Virus record (IMG/VR): IMGVR_UViG_3300027612_000506
DNA from: an uncultured virus (IMG/VR IMGVR_UViG_3300027612_000506)
Lineage: Duplodnaviria; Heunggongvirae; Uroviricota; Caudoviricetes
DNA: 20,000 bases
Strand: one strand, 5' to 3'
How positions within the stretch are numbered: position 1 is the first letter of the stretch; each line of letters starts with the position of its first letter. The notes beneath the pieces were generated by a model that did no database searches, had not been told where the DNA came from, and saw only the letters and a list, made by a program, of their open reading frames with translations. The translations under genes were made by a program, and so were the position numbers. Positions 1 through 8,905 of this stretch are shown piece by piece.

Positions 1-275
1 ACCGTTTTAGATTTATGACCCCCGACAGTGAGTGGGAACAATATGATTTAATTCAGTCTACTTGGTCATATGCATGGCATTATCCTCTTGACATTTACTA
101 TGAAAAAGTGTTACAATGCTTAAAACCAGGCGGTAAACTATTGTTAGATATTTGGAGAGTTGAAGATGCAGAGCGTATTAGTAAGGATTTAAATTGTGAA
201 CCCGAACTAAGTGATTTTCCTATAGAACAAATGGTTTGTGGGCACTCTAAACGCTTTTTATGGACTAGGAAATAA
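1..275 (+). CDS. Class I SAM-dependent methyltransferase-like protein, 5'-truncated by the window edge
   Basis: The frame is open to the left edge (cgt ttt aga ttt atg). It contains YDLIQS..SYAWHY and LKPGGKLLLDI, typical of the Rossmann MTase C-terminal half. Confidence 0.7.
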   Translation, partial: RFRFMTPDSEWEQYDLIQSTWSYAWHYPLDIYYEKVLQCLKPGGKLLLDIWRVEDAERISKDLNCEPELSDFPIEQMVCGHSKRFLWTRK

Positions 276-278
276 ATT

Positions 279-1211
279 ATGAAAATTTTGATAACCGGCT
301 CATCTGGATTCATTGGATCTCATCTTGTTCCAATGCTTAAAAAAGAGCACCAAATATACCACCTGGACAATGACTTACGAGACCACTTAAAGGTTCGTGA
401 GGAAGTTAGTTATATTAACCCAGATATTATTGTACACTTGGCCGCACGAACAGAGGTCGAACAGAGTTTTTATGAGCAAGTAACCTTTAGTGACATTAAT
501 TATACTGGCACAGTAAATTTAATTGAGGCTGCCAGAAATTGTAAGAATCTCAAAAACTTTGTTTTTGCTAGTACAATGGAAGTATACGGCTGGCAACCAA
601 TTAGTGATGAAATAAAAATTAATGGTAAGCCAGAGAAGCATGTTGCATTTGATGAAAACACACAGCCTAATCCTAACGCACCTTATGCGGTTGCAAAATA
701 TGGGTGCGAGAAATATCTACAGTATGCACATAGATCTTATGGTATGCCTTTCACTGCTATTCGACAAACAAACTGTTATGGTAGAAAAGACAATGACTTT
801 TTTGTTACGGAGCAAATCATAACACAGATGTTGCATAGTATAAATAGCGGGTCGAATGAACCTCAAATTAATTTGGGTTACGGCGAACCGTACAGAAACT
901 TTATATATATTGATGACATGTTAGAAGCATGGCACGCCGTAATTTCTAACCCAGAAAAATGTAATGATGGTAAAATATTTACCATTGGTCCTGACCAACC
1001 TATTAAAATTTCCGACTATGTTGATATGATAGCGGAAAAACTAGATTGGCACGGTACTGTTAATTGGGATACAAAGCCACATAGACCAGGTGAAATATAC
1101 TGGTTGAACAGTAATCATAATTTGATTACAGAGACTTTAGGGTGGCAACCAAGTACAACCTTATCTGATGGGTTGGACAAAACAATAGCAATATGGAAAG
1201 ACTTACTATAA
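279..1211 (+). CDS. NAD-dependent nucleotide-sugar epimerase/dehydratase (extended SDR)
   Basis: ILITGSSGFIG NAD-binding motif, HLAA, FASTMEVYG, catalytic YAVAK (YxxxK), RNFIYIDD. Confidence 0.93.
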   Translation: MKILITGSSGFIGSHLVPMLKKEHQIYHLDNDLRDHLKVREEVSYINPDIIVHLAARTEVEQSFYEQVTFSDINYTGTVNLIEAARNCKNLKNFVFASTMEVYGWQPISDEIKINGKPEKHVAFDENTQPNPNAPYAVAKYGCEKYLQYAHRSYGMPFTAIRQTNCYGRKDNDFFVTEQIITQMLHSINSGSNEPQINLGYGEPYRNFIYIDDMLEAWHAVISNPEKCNDGKIFTIGPDQPIKISDYVDMIAEKLDWHGTVNWDTKPHRPGEIYWLNSNHNLITETLGWQPSTTLSDGLDKTIAIWKDLL

Positions 1212-3448
1212 TGGCAAGAAAAAATTTATATCTTTTTCAACCACAATACACCATGAACTTTCAGGGTACTACACAGAACTGGCTACCCTATTCAGCAGGT
1301 TGTTTGTGGGCATATGCTAATGAAAAGTCTGACATTGTTAAGGAGCATTGGAATCTCGATGGGCTTTATTTTGCAAGAGATAAAATTGATGAAGTTCTTG
1401 AAAAAATGGAAGAGCCTGTACTTGCAGGGTTTAGTACATATGTATGGAATGAACAATACAATCTGCACATGGCATACGCAATTAAGGAACGCTGGCCTAA
1501 TTGTATCATAGCATTTGGCGGCCCACAGGTTAATGAAAGCGACCTTGATACATATCCTTGGATTGACTTGGTCATGTTAAGTGAGGGCGAAAAACAATTT
1601 ACAATGTTGTTGGAAGATATACACAACAACAAACCTCTAAAAACTATATACACTGGACAACGAATTACTGATCTATCAGAACTCCCTAGCCCGTTTACTA
1701 CCGGGGTGTTTGATAAACTGATTGCAGACAACCCTGATATTATTTGGCAAACACCATTTGAAACATCCCGTGGTTGTCCTTTCTCCTGCACCTTTTGTGA
1801 TTGGGGAAGTTTAACATACTCGAAAGTTAAACAATATGAGTTTGAAAGGTTAGAAGAAGAAATTATTTGGATGAGTAAGAATCCTATTGCCTATGTTTTT
1901 ATGGCAGATGCAAACTTTGGCATTTTCAAAAAACGGGATGTGGACCTTGCTAAGATGTTTCACAAACATTTAGATAATAGTCGCATGGATAAAATTAATA
2001 TCCAATATGCTAAGAACAGTAATGACCATGTTATTGAAATTGGTAAGGCTCTTGGTAGATTGGGTAAAGGCATCACCCTTAGTCAACAAAGTATGAGCCC
2101 CACTGTACTAGAAGAAATTAAGCGAACTAACATGGACATTAATAAACTTAATGAAATGTTAGATAAAACTGAAGAGGCTGATTTGGATGCATACAGTGAA
2201 ATGATTATCGGCTTACCCGGTGAGACACTAGAGTCCTGGAAAAAAGGTATGGGTGAGATACTTGAAGCCGGTCAACATAATTGCGTTGAGGTTTGGTATG
2301 CACAAACTCTTAAGAACAGTGACATGTCTACAATTGAATCAAGAGAGAAGTACGGTATTAAAACTGTACTAGTTAAGGACTATATCTTCCTTTATAATGA
2401 CCCAGATGATATTCCTGAATATGTAGAAGTTGTTAGTGGTACAAAGGATATGCCTACTGAGGATATGATTGAAGCATATATGTATTCTTGGATGGTTGTT
2501 CGTTTTCATGTATATGGATATACATATGCTCTTGCACGATATGCAAGACAAAAAGGCATTTCTTATAATGACTTTTATGAAAAAATGTTCTCTCTAATTC
2601 CATCTACTAATCATATTGATGACCACTTTAATACTATTAAAAGAAGTGTAAGTAAATATCTTACAGAAGACCAAGTGGGTGAAGATGCAGGTAAGGGATG
2701 GTTCCAACTCCGCAAAAATATTCCTGACCACAGGCAAAAACCTGCAAGCGGTGAAGCTGTAGCTGATGGTCGATTGCTTATTGCAAACGAGAAGGGTGGA
2801 GACTGGTCTCAACTTATTGCAACCGATAAAACATCCCCCCTAGAGTTGACCCCAAACGGAAAAGAGGAAGAGGAAAGACCCATCTTCTCTATGAACTTCT
2901 ATGAAAAATCTAAAGGTAACAGTAATATGGAGAATGTCACTACTGCCGATAGATATGAAAAGGAAGAAGAACCTAAAGCAATGTTCTCAGGTAAAAATAA
3001 CCTGATGACAACAGGTACTCCTAAAGAAACAATGCAAGAAGCAAGAGTAAAGGTAAGTACCTGTGATGAAGAAACAAAAAATGATTCTGCACATGCTTGG
3101 TTGTATCAGAAAGAGACAGACTTTGTAGATCATAAATTAGAAATTTATGATATTGCTTGGCAAACCTTAAAACACTTCCTACCAGATACTGATGAGAGTA
3201 TTTTGGATTGTCAAAAGGCATACATGTTTGATCCTAGTCATGTATATCCATTTACACTACGCACTAAAATGGATTGGAATACATTTGAAGAAACTGAGGA
3301 ATATAAGTACTATACTGTTACCAGCAATATGACCGAAGCTGGCGGCACATATGACAATAGACGGAACCGTCACCCTGCTAAAAATACGCTAACCCTAATA
3401 GAGAACGAGGATACCCATGTCGAAGAAACAAAACTTGCAAGAGCCTAG
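1211..3448 (+). CDS. Cobalamin-binding-domain radical SAM protein with extended C-terminus
   Basis: N-terminal B12-binding-like region (GFSTYVWN, IAFGGPQ, EGE), RGCPFSCTFC (CxxxCxxC), DANFG, IIGLPGET. ATG at 1211 is coupled to the upstream TAA (TAATG). Confidence 0.9.
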   Translation: MARKNLYLFQPQYTMNFQGTTQNWLPYSAGCLWAYANEKSDIVKEHWNLDGLYFARDKIDEVLEKMEEPVLAGFSTYVWNEQYNLHMAYAIKERWPNCIIAFGGPQVNESDLDTYPWIDLVMLSEGEKQFTMLLEDIHNNKPLKTIYTGQRITDLSELPSPFTTGVFDKLIADNPDIIWQTPFETSRGCPFSCTFCDWGSLTYSKVKQYEFERLEEEIIWMSKNPIAYVFMADANFGIFKKRDVDLAKMFHKHLDNSRMDKINIQYAKNSNDHVIEIGKALGRLGKGITLSQQSMSPTVLEEIKRTNMDINKLNEMLDKTEEADLDAYSEMIIGLPGETLESWKKGMGEILEAGQHNCVEVWYAQTLKNSDMSTIESREKYGIKTVLVKDYIFLYNDPDDIPEYVEVVSGTKDMPTEDMIEAYMYSWMVVRFHVYGYTYALARYARQKGISYNDFYEKMFSLIPSTNHIDDHFNTIKRSVSKYLTEDQVGEDAGKGWFQLRKNIPDHRQKPASGEAVADGRLLIANEKGGDWSQLIATDKTSPLELTPNGKEEEERPIFSMNFYEKSKGNSNMENVTTADRYEKEEEPKAMFSGKNNLMTTGTPKETMQEARVKVSTCDEETKNDSAHAWLYQKETDFVDHKLEIYDIAWQTLKHFLPDTDESILDCQKAYMFDPSHVYPFTLRTKMDWNTFEETEEYKYYTVTSNMTEAGGTYDNRRNRHPAKNTLTLIENEDTHVEETKLARA

Positions 3449-4403
3449 AGAATATTTTAAACCTTTTAATTATCCTTGGGCTTATGATGCTTGGTTAAAA
3501 CATGAGCAGTCTCACTGGCTACACACCGAAGTCCCTATGGCAGAGGATGTAAAGGACTGGAAAAACAAACTAACTAAAGCCGAACAAGCCTTTCTAACTA
3601 ATATCTTTCGTTTCTTTACACAGGGTGATATTGATGTTGCGGGTGGTTATGTGACAAATTACCTGCCTCACTTCCCACAGCCTGAGGTTCGCATGATGCT
3701 TGCAGGGTTTGCGGCAAGAGAAGCATTACATGTTGCGGCTTATTCGCACCTCATAGAGACCTTAGGAATGCCAGAGAGCACCTACAATGAGTTTCTTGAG
3801 TATGAGGCTATGAAGGACAAGCATGAATACTTTATGGAACTGTCTAACATGGATGCAGACAAGAAAACAGTAGCAACAAACATTGCCGCTTTTTCTGCAT
3901 TTACTGAAGGCATGCAGTTATTCTCCTCGTTTATTATGTTGCTGAACTTCCCTCGACACGGCAAAATGAAAGGCATGGGTCAGATTGTTACTTGGTCAAT
4001 TGTTGATGAGACAATGCACGCCGAGTCAATGATTAAACTGTTCCGTACCTATGTTGAGGAAAACCTAGAGATTTGGAACGATGACCTCAAAGGTAAGATC
4101 TATTCTATTGCTGAGAAGATGGTAGAGCTTGAGGATAAATTTATTGACCTGGCATTTGCCATGGGTCCAATGGAAAATCTTTCATCCGAAGATGTTAAGA
4201 AATATATCAGATATATCTGTGACCGCAGACTCATTAGTCTTGGTCTTAAAGGTATTTTTAAAATTAAAAAGAATCCTCTACTGTGGGTTGAGGAAATGAT
4301 TAACGCACCAACACATACAAACTTCTTTGAAAACCGAGCAACAGACTATGCCCGAGGCGCATTGTCAGGTGATTGGGGAGATGTATGGGGTTCTGCGGCG
4401 TAG
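3417..4403 (+). CDS. nrdB: Ribonucleotide reductase class Ia beta subunit
   Basis: FKPFNYPW, FFTQGD, REALHVAAY (E..H plus radical Tyr), FTEGMQLF, VDETMH, NFFENRATDY. GAGG RBS upstream. Confidence 0.97.
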   Translation: MSKKQNLQEPREYFKPFNYPWAYDAWLKHEQSHWLHTEVPMAEDVKDWKNKLTKAEQAFLTNIFRFFTQGDIDVAGGYVTNYLPHFPQPEVRMMLAGFAAREALHVAAYSHLIETLGMPESTYNEFLEYEAMKDKHEYFMELSNMDADKKTVATNIAAFSAFTEGMQLFSSFIMLLNFPRHGKMKGMGQIVTWSIVDETMHAESMIKLFRTYVEENLEIWNDDLKGKIYSIAEKMVELEDKFIDLAFAMGPMENLSSEDVKKYIRYICDRRLISLGLKGIFKIKKNPLLWVEEMINAPTHTNFFENRATDYARGALSGDWGDVWGSAA

Positions 4404-4412
4404 GAGAATTTA

Positions 4413-4583
4413 ATGCCTAAAGCCAATAAATGGTTAGAATGCATTTCGTGTGAGGCGATGTTTACTGTAAAGCATAGTATGGATATAGAATTCTATACTG
4501 TAGAGCATTGCCCTTTCTGCGGAGATGAGCTTGATATTGAAGTTGGGTTGGATTATGACGAAGAAGAAGAGGATTACGAATGA
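4413..4583 (+). CDS. Small zinc-ribbon protein with acidic tail (56 aa, not in ORF track)
   Basis: Manual translation MPKANKWLECISCEAMF...EHCPFCGDELDIEVGLDYDEEEEDYE: two CxxC pairs. AGGAG RBS. Confidence 0.8.
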   Translation: MPKANKWLECISCEAMFTVKHSMDIEFYTVEHCPFCGDELDIEVGLDYDEEEEDYE

Positions 4584-4759
4584 GCCAATGGCATGGCGGG
4601 AAGGGCAGTAAGCCTAGAAAAGTTACAGACCAGGATCAGTTTGATTCCAATTGGGATTTAATTTTTGGCAAAAAGGATCAAAAAGTCAAACAGGCAATGG
4701 TGACAGATCTCAATTGGGACGGTGAAGAAGAGGAAGAGCCTAAAACAGATGACGGCTAA
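4580..4759 (+). CDS. Small hypothetical phage protein (59 aa, not in ORF track)
   Basis: MSQWHGGKGSKPRKVTDQDQFDSNWDLIFGKK...; ATGA overlap with the previous stop. Resembles GGKGS..R / NWD.IF small proteins of T4-like phages (from recall). Confidence 0.75.
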   Translation: MSQWHGGKGSKPRKVTDQDQFDSNWDLIFGKKDQKVKQAMVTDLNWDGEEEEEPKTDDG

Positions 4760-5708
4760 ATATTGTATAGCCCCCTTTGCAATGTATGAAATGCATGTTG
4801 ATGGGGGGGATAGTGTTTGCTGTCCCTCTCATAACAATCACCCTGAACTCCAAGGCAATACTATTCTTGAGAAGTTTAATAGTTCTCAAGCAAAGGTTAT
4901 CCGCGAGTCGGTATTAGATGGTTCATATAGGTATTGCAAAGATAGTTGCCCCTTCCTATATTCCCACCGTCAGGGTGCTGAAAACTTACTGTTTAGAGAT
5001 GTTGAACCATATAAGGACAATACAGCACCTTTGCATGTAGTGTCTGCTGAAGATAGAACTTGTAATTTGGCATGCCCCACATGCCGTAAGGATTTCATTC
5101 TAGATGATGAGTCTGGTAGAGACATAGAAAGGGAATTATCAGAAATATCTGAAAGTGTTACCACCTTTGTAACTTCTGGCTCAGGTGACCCACTTTATAA
5201 CAAACGCACATTCAAACTATTACAGAGCCTAACGCCTGAAAACTATCCTGCTTTAAAAAAGGTAGAGTTGTACACTAATGGTATGCTTCTTAGTAAAGAA
5301 AATCTAGAGAAACTTAGTAATTTAAAAAACTATACCTTTCAGATAACACTATCAGTTGATGCCGCATGTAAAGAGACTTATGAGGAAATTCGTAGGGGTG
5401 GTAGTTGGCAGGTTCTAATGAGAAATATTGAGAACTTAAACAACGAGACAGGTATTGATAATATTAAACTTGCCTATGTTGTACAGAGAAAAAACTGTAA
5501 TGAGATACTAGACTTCTTCAATCTAATGGAAGAAAAATTAAGCAATCATAAAACTTCCTACTGGTTCTTTGATGTTGAGAACTGGTGGATGGATGATAAG
5601 CAATTCGCTCAATATACCATACCCGAAACATATGATGTAGAACATACAAGAGCCGTACTGTCTGAACATATCCTATCTGGAAAGGTCATTATAAACACGC
5701 ATAAATAA
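4749..5708 (+). CDS. Radical SAM protein with N-terminal twitch/SPASM-like Cys cluster
   Basis: CIAPF...CCPS...C..CP N-terminus, CNLACPTC (CxxxCxxC), SGDP, YTNG, SVDA..KETYEEIRRGG.W. The ATG at 4749 is preferred to the GTG at 4722. Confidence 0.88.
   Translation: MTAKYCIAPFAMYEMHVDGGDSVCCPSHNNHPELQGNTILEKFNSSQAKVIRESVLDGSYRYCKDSCPFLYSHRQGAENLLFRDVEPYKDNTAPLHVVSAEDRTCNLACPTCRKDFILDDESGRDIERELSEISESVTTFVTSGSGDPLYNKRTFKLLQSLTPENYPALKKVELYTNGMLLSKENLEKLSNLKNYTFQITLSVDAACKETYEEIRRGGSWQVLMRNIENLNNETGIDNIKLAYVVQRKNCNEILDFFNLMEEKLSNHKTSYWFFDVENWWMDDKQFAQYTIPETYDVEHTRAVLSEHILSGKVIINTHK
5700..5707 (+). promoter_or_regulatory. Putative T4-type late promoter (CATAAATA)
   Basis: One mismatch to the gp55 consensus TATAAATA, 20 nt upstream of ATG 5728 and its GAGG RBS. 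Confidence 0.5.
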
Positions 5709-5727
5709 TATATCTAGAGGATATATT

Positions 5728-6066
5728 ATGCCGGCGAAGAAAAAGCGAAAGCCTAAAGAAAAGCAAATTCACAGAGTTTACTGCACATACTTCCCGGACG
5801 GGACCTATTATATAGGCTACAGTGGTAAAACTCAAAAGCTCTATGAAAAGTATTATGGCTCATCCAAATATGTACTACAATATGACGGTGAACTAACAAA
5901 AGATACCATTGCTGAATTTGAGAAAAAATCCCATGCTAAGATGCAGGAGTTTTTGTTGCAATGGCAACAGCGGCACGATCCTAAATGTCTCAATTCAATG
6001 TTGAACATTCGTCTAAATAAAGAACCACTTGCAGACTTTGAACCTATAGAATGGAAGCCAAAATGA
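5728..6066 (+). CDS. Stand-alone GIY-YIG-like nuclease domain (endonuclease II/DenA- or Seg-like)
   Basis: RVYCTYFPDGTYYIGYS...YYGSS...E...LN pattern. Lies a few genes downstream of nrdB, as denA does in T4. Confidence 0.65.
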   Translation: MPAKKKRKPKEKQIHRVYCTYFPDGTYYIGYSGKTQKLYEKYYGSSKYVLQYDGELTKDTIAEFEKKSHAKMQEFLLQWQQRHDPKCLNSMLNIRLNKEPLADFEPIEWKPK

Positions 6067-6578
6067 CCTGGAAAGATATACCCGGTTACATTATGTACAC
6101 CGACTATCTGTTAATGCAAGAAGTTGCATCACAGTTTGATGGTAGTTTTACAGTACTGGAGATAGGCAGTCTATATGGTAAAAGCTCTGTAGCATGGGCT
6201 AGTCTCGGTGGTGTTGTGCATTGTTTAGACTCATGGGCTGAGGACGCACATACAGATAATACGGATTGTAATATCGTTTATAATAAGTTCTTAGAAAATA
6301 CTAAGGATTATAACATTACACATAGTAAGATTCCTCATGTACACCCCATGACAGGAGAAATTTTTTCTAATATAGGTGATTATGATGTAGTATTCTATGA
6401 CGCCTGCCATTCTCAAACATCAACATATAATATGATACAATATTGGAAACATAAAACAAAGTTTCTTGTGCTTGATGACATAGTTATGCGGGATGTTGCT
6501 GATGCTATAACAGATAGTGGAATTAAGTTAAACACTAGAAGAGGCTCAAAGATGGGATACACAAAATGTTCTTCATAA
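6063..6578 (+). CDS. Class I SAM-dependent methyltransferase (Methyltransf_24-like)
   Basis: VLEIGSLYGKS motif I, CLDSW, YDVVFYDACH, LVLDD. Confidence 0.85.
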   Translation: MTWKDIPGYIMYTDYLLMQEVASQFDGSFTVLEIGSLYGKSSVAWASLGGVVHCLDSWAEDAHTDNTDCNIVYNKFLENTKDYNITHSKIPHVHPMTGEIFSNIGDYDVVFYDACHSQTSTYNMIQYWKHKTKFLVLDDIVMRDVADAITDSGIKLNTRRGSKMGYTKCSS

Positions 6579-7501
6579 TATTACTATTATTTTCAGCACT
6601 TGCTGTATCAGCAGTCGCAGGCTATTTTTCGATTGTCGGTCTCATGTCAATCTTTCCTGCCGCCGCTATGTCTATCCTAGCAATGGGTGTTGTGTTAGAA
6701 ATTGCTAAACTTGTTACAGCATCTTGGGTCTATCGTTATTGGGACAAAGCCGCATTGGTGATGAAGTCTTACTTTACAGTAGCAGTAATTGTCCTTTCAC
6801 TTATTACATCTATGGGTATCTTTGGCTTTTTATCCAAAGCACATTTAGAACACACAATATCAGTAGGGGGTGATAATGAATTACAAATTCAAAACTTGGA
6901 AAGACAAATTGCTAACGAGCGAAGAATTATCGCCGATGGAGAAAAGGTTCTACAACAGTTGGATGGCGCAGTACAAACACTCATTGACTATGATAGAATC
7001 AGAGGACCCGAAGGTTCTATTGCAGTTAGAGAAAGCCAAAGAGAAGAGCGAGCCGCAACAAATCTTTCAATACAAAGAGCATCTGAATCCATTGAGGAAA
7101 TACAGGCAGCACTTAGCCCGCTCCAAAGCGCCGCCCTTGAGATAGAATTAGAAGTTGGTCCTATCAAGTATATTGCTGAGATGATATATGACCAAACAGA
7201 TAAGAATACTATTGACAAAGCCGTTAGATTCATTATAATAATGCTTATATTTGTTTTCGACCCACTTGCTATTTTGCTGGTGATTGCGGCAAATATGAGT
7301 TTGCGAGAGTATAGAGGTGAGATGATTACCTTTACCTCTTTGGATGAGACTGCCACAGAAACCGCAGAAGAAGTTTTCACCGCGAAACCTGAGGCAGAGT
7401 TATCTGACACAGAAATCGCACAGTTTTCTAGGTTAGATAGAACTTTGAGAACAAAACTAAATTGGCTAATTGATAAGAAACGAAATGAAAATAAATCCTA
7501 A
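6566..7501 (+). CDS. Membrane protein with three N-terminal TM helices, a coiled coil and a further TM helix
   Basis: Hydrophobic stretches (SAVAGYFSIVGL, LEIAKLV, ITSMGIFGFLSKAH), heptad-like middle, EVGPIKYIAE and FVFDPLAILL motifs recalled from large-phage proteins. Confidence 0.8.
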   Translation: MFFIILLLFSALAVSAVAGYFSIVGLMSIFPAAAMSILAMGVVLEIAKLVTASWVYRYWDKAALVMKSYFTVAVIVLSLITSMGIFGFLSKAHLEHTISVGGDNELQIQNLERQIANERRIIADGEKVLQQLDGAVQTLIDYDRIRGPEGSIAVRESQREERAATNLSIQRASESIEEIQAALSPLQSAALEIELEVGPIKYIAEMIYDQTDKNTIDKAVRFIIIMLIFVFDPLAILLVIAANMSLREYRGEMITFTSLDETATETAEEVFTAKPEAELSDTEIAQFSRLDRTLRTKLNWLIDKKRNENKS

Positions 7502-8675
7502 AACATCTATAACACCTGAGTTTGGCGTATATGGAATATCACCGTTAGCACAGTCGCTATACCACAGTGGAATTCAGTTAGATACTGATAAAACAATTTT
7601 ACATAGTGGGCATTGGCGTAAATCTGAGGATGAGGATTTCTTTATAAATTTTAACAGTGACGATTTAAAGTTACTGCAAGACAGGAAGGCAATACTGTTT
7701 TTAGACTTTACAACGGAAACGGAGAATCAAAGACCAGGTGGGTTTTTTGCACATCTGAATACCCTATTCAACCGATATAATATTGTTCCTTCTGATGTTA
7801 TAGTGTTTACGGGCAATGGCTACTTACCTGAGAAGTATGAGGAATACAAAAAGACTTTACCAGAACACGCTAGTAACTTTCACTTGTTTTACTACTATGT
7901 GACACCCCAGTTTTTAACTAATCAGGGGGATCTTGTTGGTTGTGCAAATCCAGAAGTAATACCCTTAGATTATCCTCCATTAGATAAAATATTTGATTGG
8001 TGGCATAGTCCTTATGAAGAACAGTTAGCATATAAAACGGCAAATAAGCACTACATAAAAACTCTCTCTTGTTTTATAGGTAGGAGGGGTGTTCAGTGGC
8101 GAGATGAGGTATACAAAAAACTCATAGAGGAAGATTTATGGGTAAATAATTTGTGTTCATATGCCAAAGAAAAACAGTATTTACCTGAGGATATGGAAAT
8201 TTTTATAGATCGCAGTCTCTCTGATAAAGAGAAGGCTCGCAAGATGCATATAAACCCAAAAATATTAAGTAATGCTTGGATGCATGTACCAGTGGAAACA
8301 TCTTTTGATTCAGATAACTTCTTAGCCACCCACGAAAAAGTATCTAAAGCTACTAGCTACTGTCTACCATTCGTTGCCGTGGGTAGCAAAGGCCAGTTAG
8401 ATTTATATCGCGATATTGGCTATAAAACATTTGACAATCACTTCGATGAATCGTATAATAAGCTATCTAATGATGACAGACTAAATGCTATTGTTAAGTT
8501 GTTAAAACAAATAGATGCAATACCTGACAAGTTAGCCTGGTATGAATCTATGCGAGATGTTTTAGAACATAATTATGATGTAGCACTAAGCCTCTATTCT
8601 AATGATATTAAAGAAAATTTATATTTTAATAACTTTTTAACTAAACTAAACCAATGTGTAAGGACTATAGTATGA
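7485..8675 (+). CDS. Hypothetical protein, possibly glycosyltransferase-like
   Basis: Long ORF with VETSF...THEKVSK...LPF...G...GYKTF...DESY...HN C-terminal pattern, reminiscent of GT-B/GT10-like C-terminal domains. Function is inferred only. Confidence 0.55.
   Translation: MKINPKTSITPEFGVYGISPLAQSLYHSGIQLDTDKTILHSGHWRKSEDEDFFINFNSDDLKLLQDRKAILFLDFTTETENQRPGGFFAHLNTLFNRYNIVPSDVIVFTGNGYLPEKYEEYKKTLPEHASNFHLFYYYVTPQFLTNQGDLVGCANPEVIPLDYPPLDKIFDWWHSPYEEQLAYKTANKHYIKTLSCFIGRRGVQWRDEVYKKLIEEDLWVNNLCSYAKEKQYLPEDMEIFIDRSLSDKEKARKMHINPKILSNAWMHVPVETSFDSDNFLATHEKVSKATSYCLPFVAVGSKGQLDLYRDIGYKTFDNHFDESYNKLSNDDRLNAIVKLLKQIDAIPDKLAWYESMRDVLEHNYDVALSLYSNDIKENLYFNNFLTKLNQCVRTIV
8431..8459 (+). promoter_or_regulatory. 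Perfect-consensus sigma70 promoter inside a CDS
   Basis: TTGACA (8431-8436), 17-nt spacer, TATAAT (8454-8459). Confidence 0.55.
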
Positions 8676-8905
8676 CTTTAAATAGAAATGAAATGATTGA
8701 ATTCCTACAAAAAGGTGAAGTGACGATTGAGTTTACAAAGCTCGACGGCTCTGACCGTGTAATGAAAGCTACACTGCAAGAAGGTGTAGTACCTGAAACT
8801 ACTGGCACAAGTAAAGCCAAAGATACGAACCTAGTTGTGTTCGATACTGAAAAGCAAGGTTGGAGAACGGTCGTCTTGGACCGAATCACTAAATTTAGTG
8901 CTTGA
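8672..8905 (+). CDS. Small SH3/WYL-like beta-barrel phage protein
   Basis: V.FTKLDGSDRVMKATL...VFDTEKQGWRT pattern. AGGA RBS and ATGA overlap. Confidence 0.75.
   Translation: MTLNRNEMIEFLQKGEVTIEFTKLDGSDRVMKATLQEGVVPETTGTSKAKDTNLVVFDTEKQGWRTVVLDRITKFSA

Noticed and set aside
1366..1791. Antisense ORFs within long genes (also 6988-7410, 9440-9829, 19417-19833 and others)
   Set aside because: They shadow well-supported plus-strand genes and have no motifs or RBS.
2690..3085. Intein or intron in the B12 radical SAM gene
   Set aside because: No N-terminal C/S splice block, no His-Asn followed by C/S/T, no LAGLIDADG motif, and the frame is uninterrupted.
3417..4403. Non-canonical (class Ic/Ie) RNR beta subunit
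   Set aside because: The Asp, Glu and His metal ligands and the radical Tyr (EALHVAAY) all appear present, consistent with ordinary class Ia.
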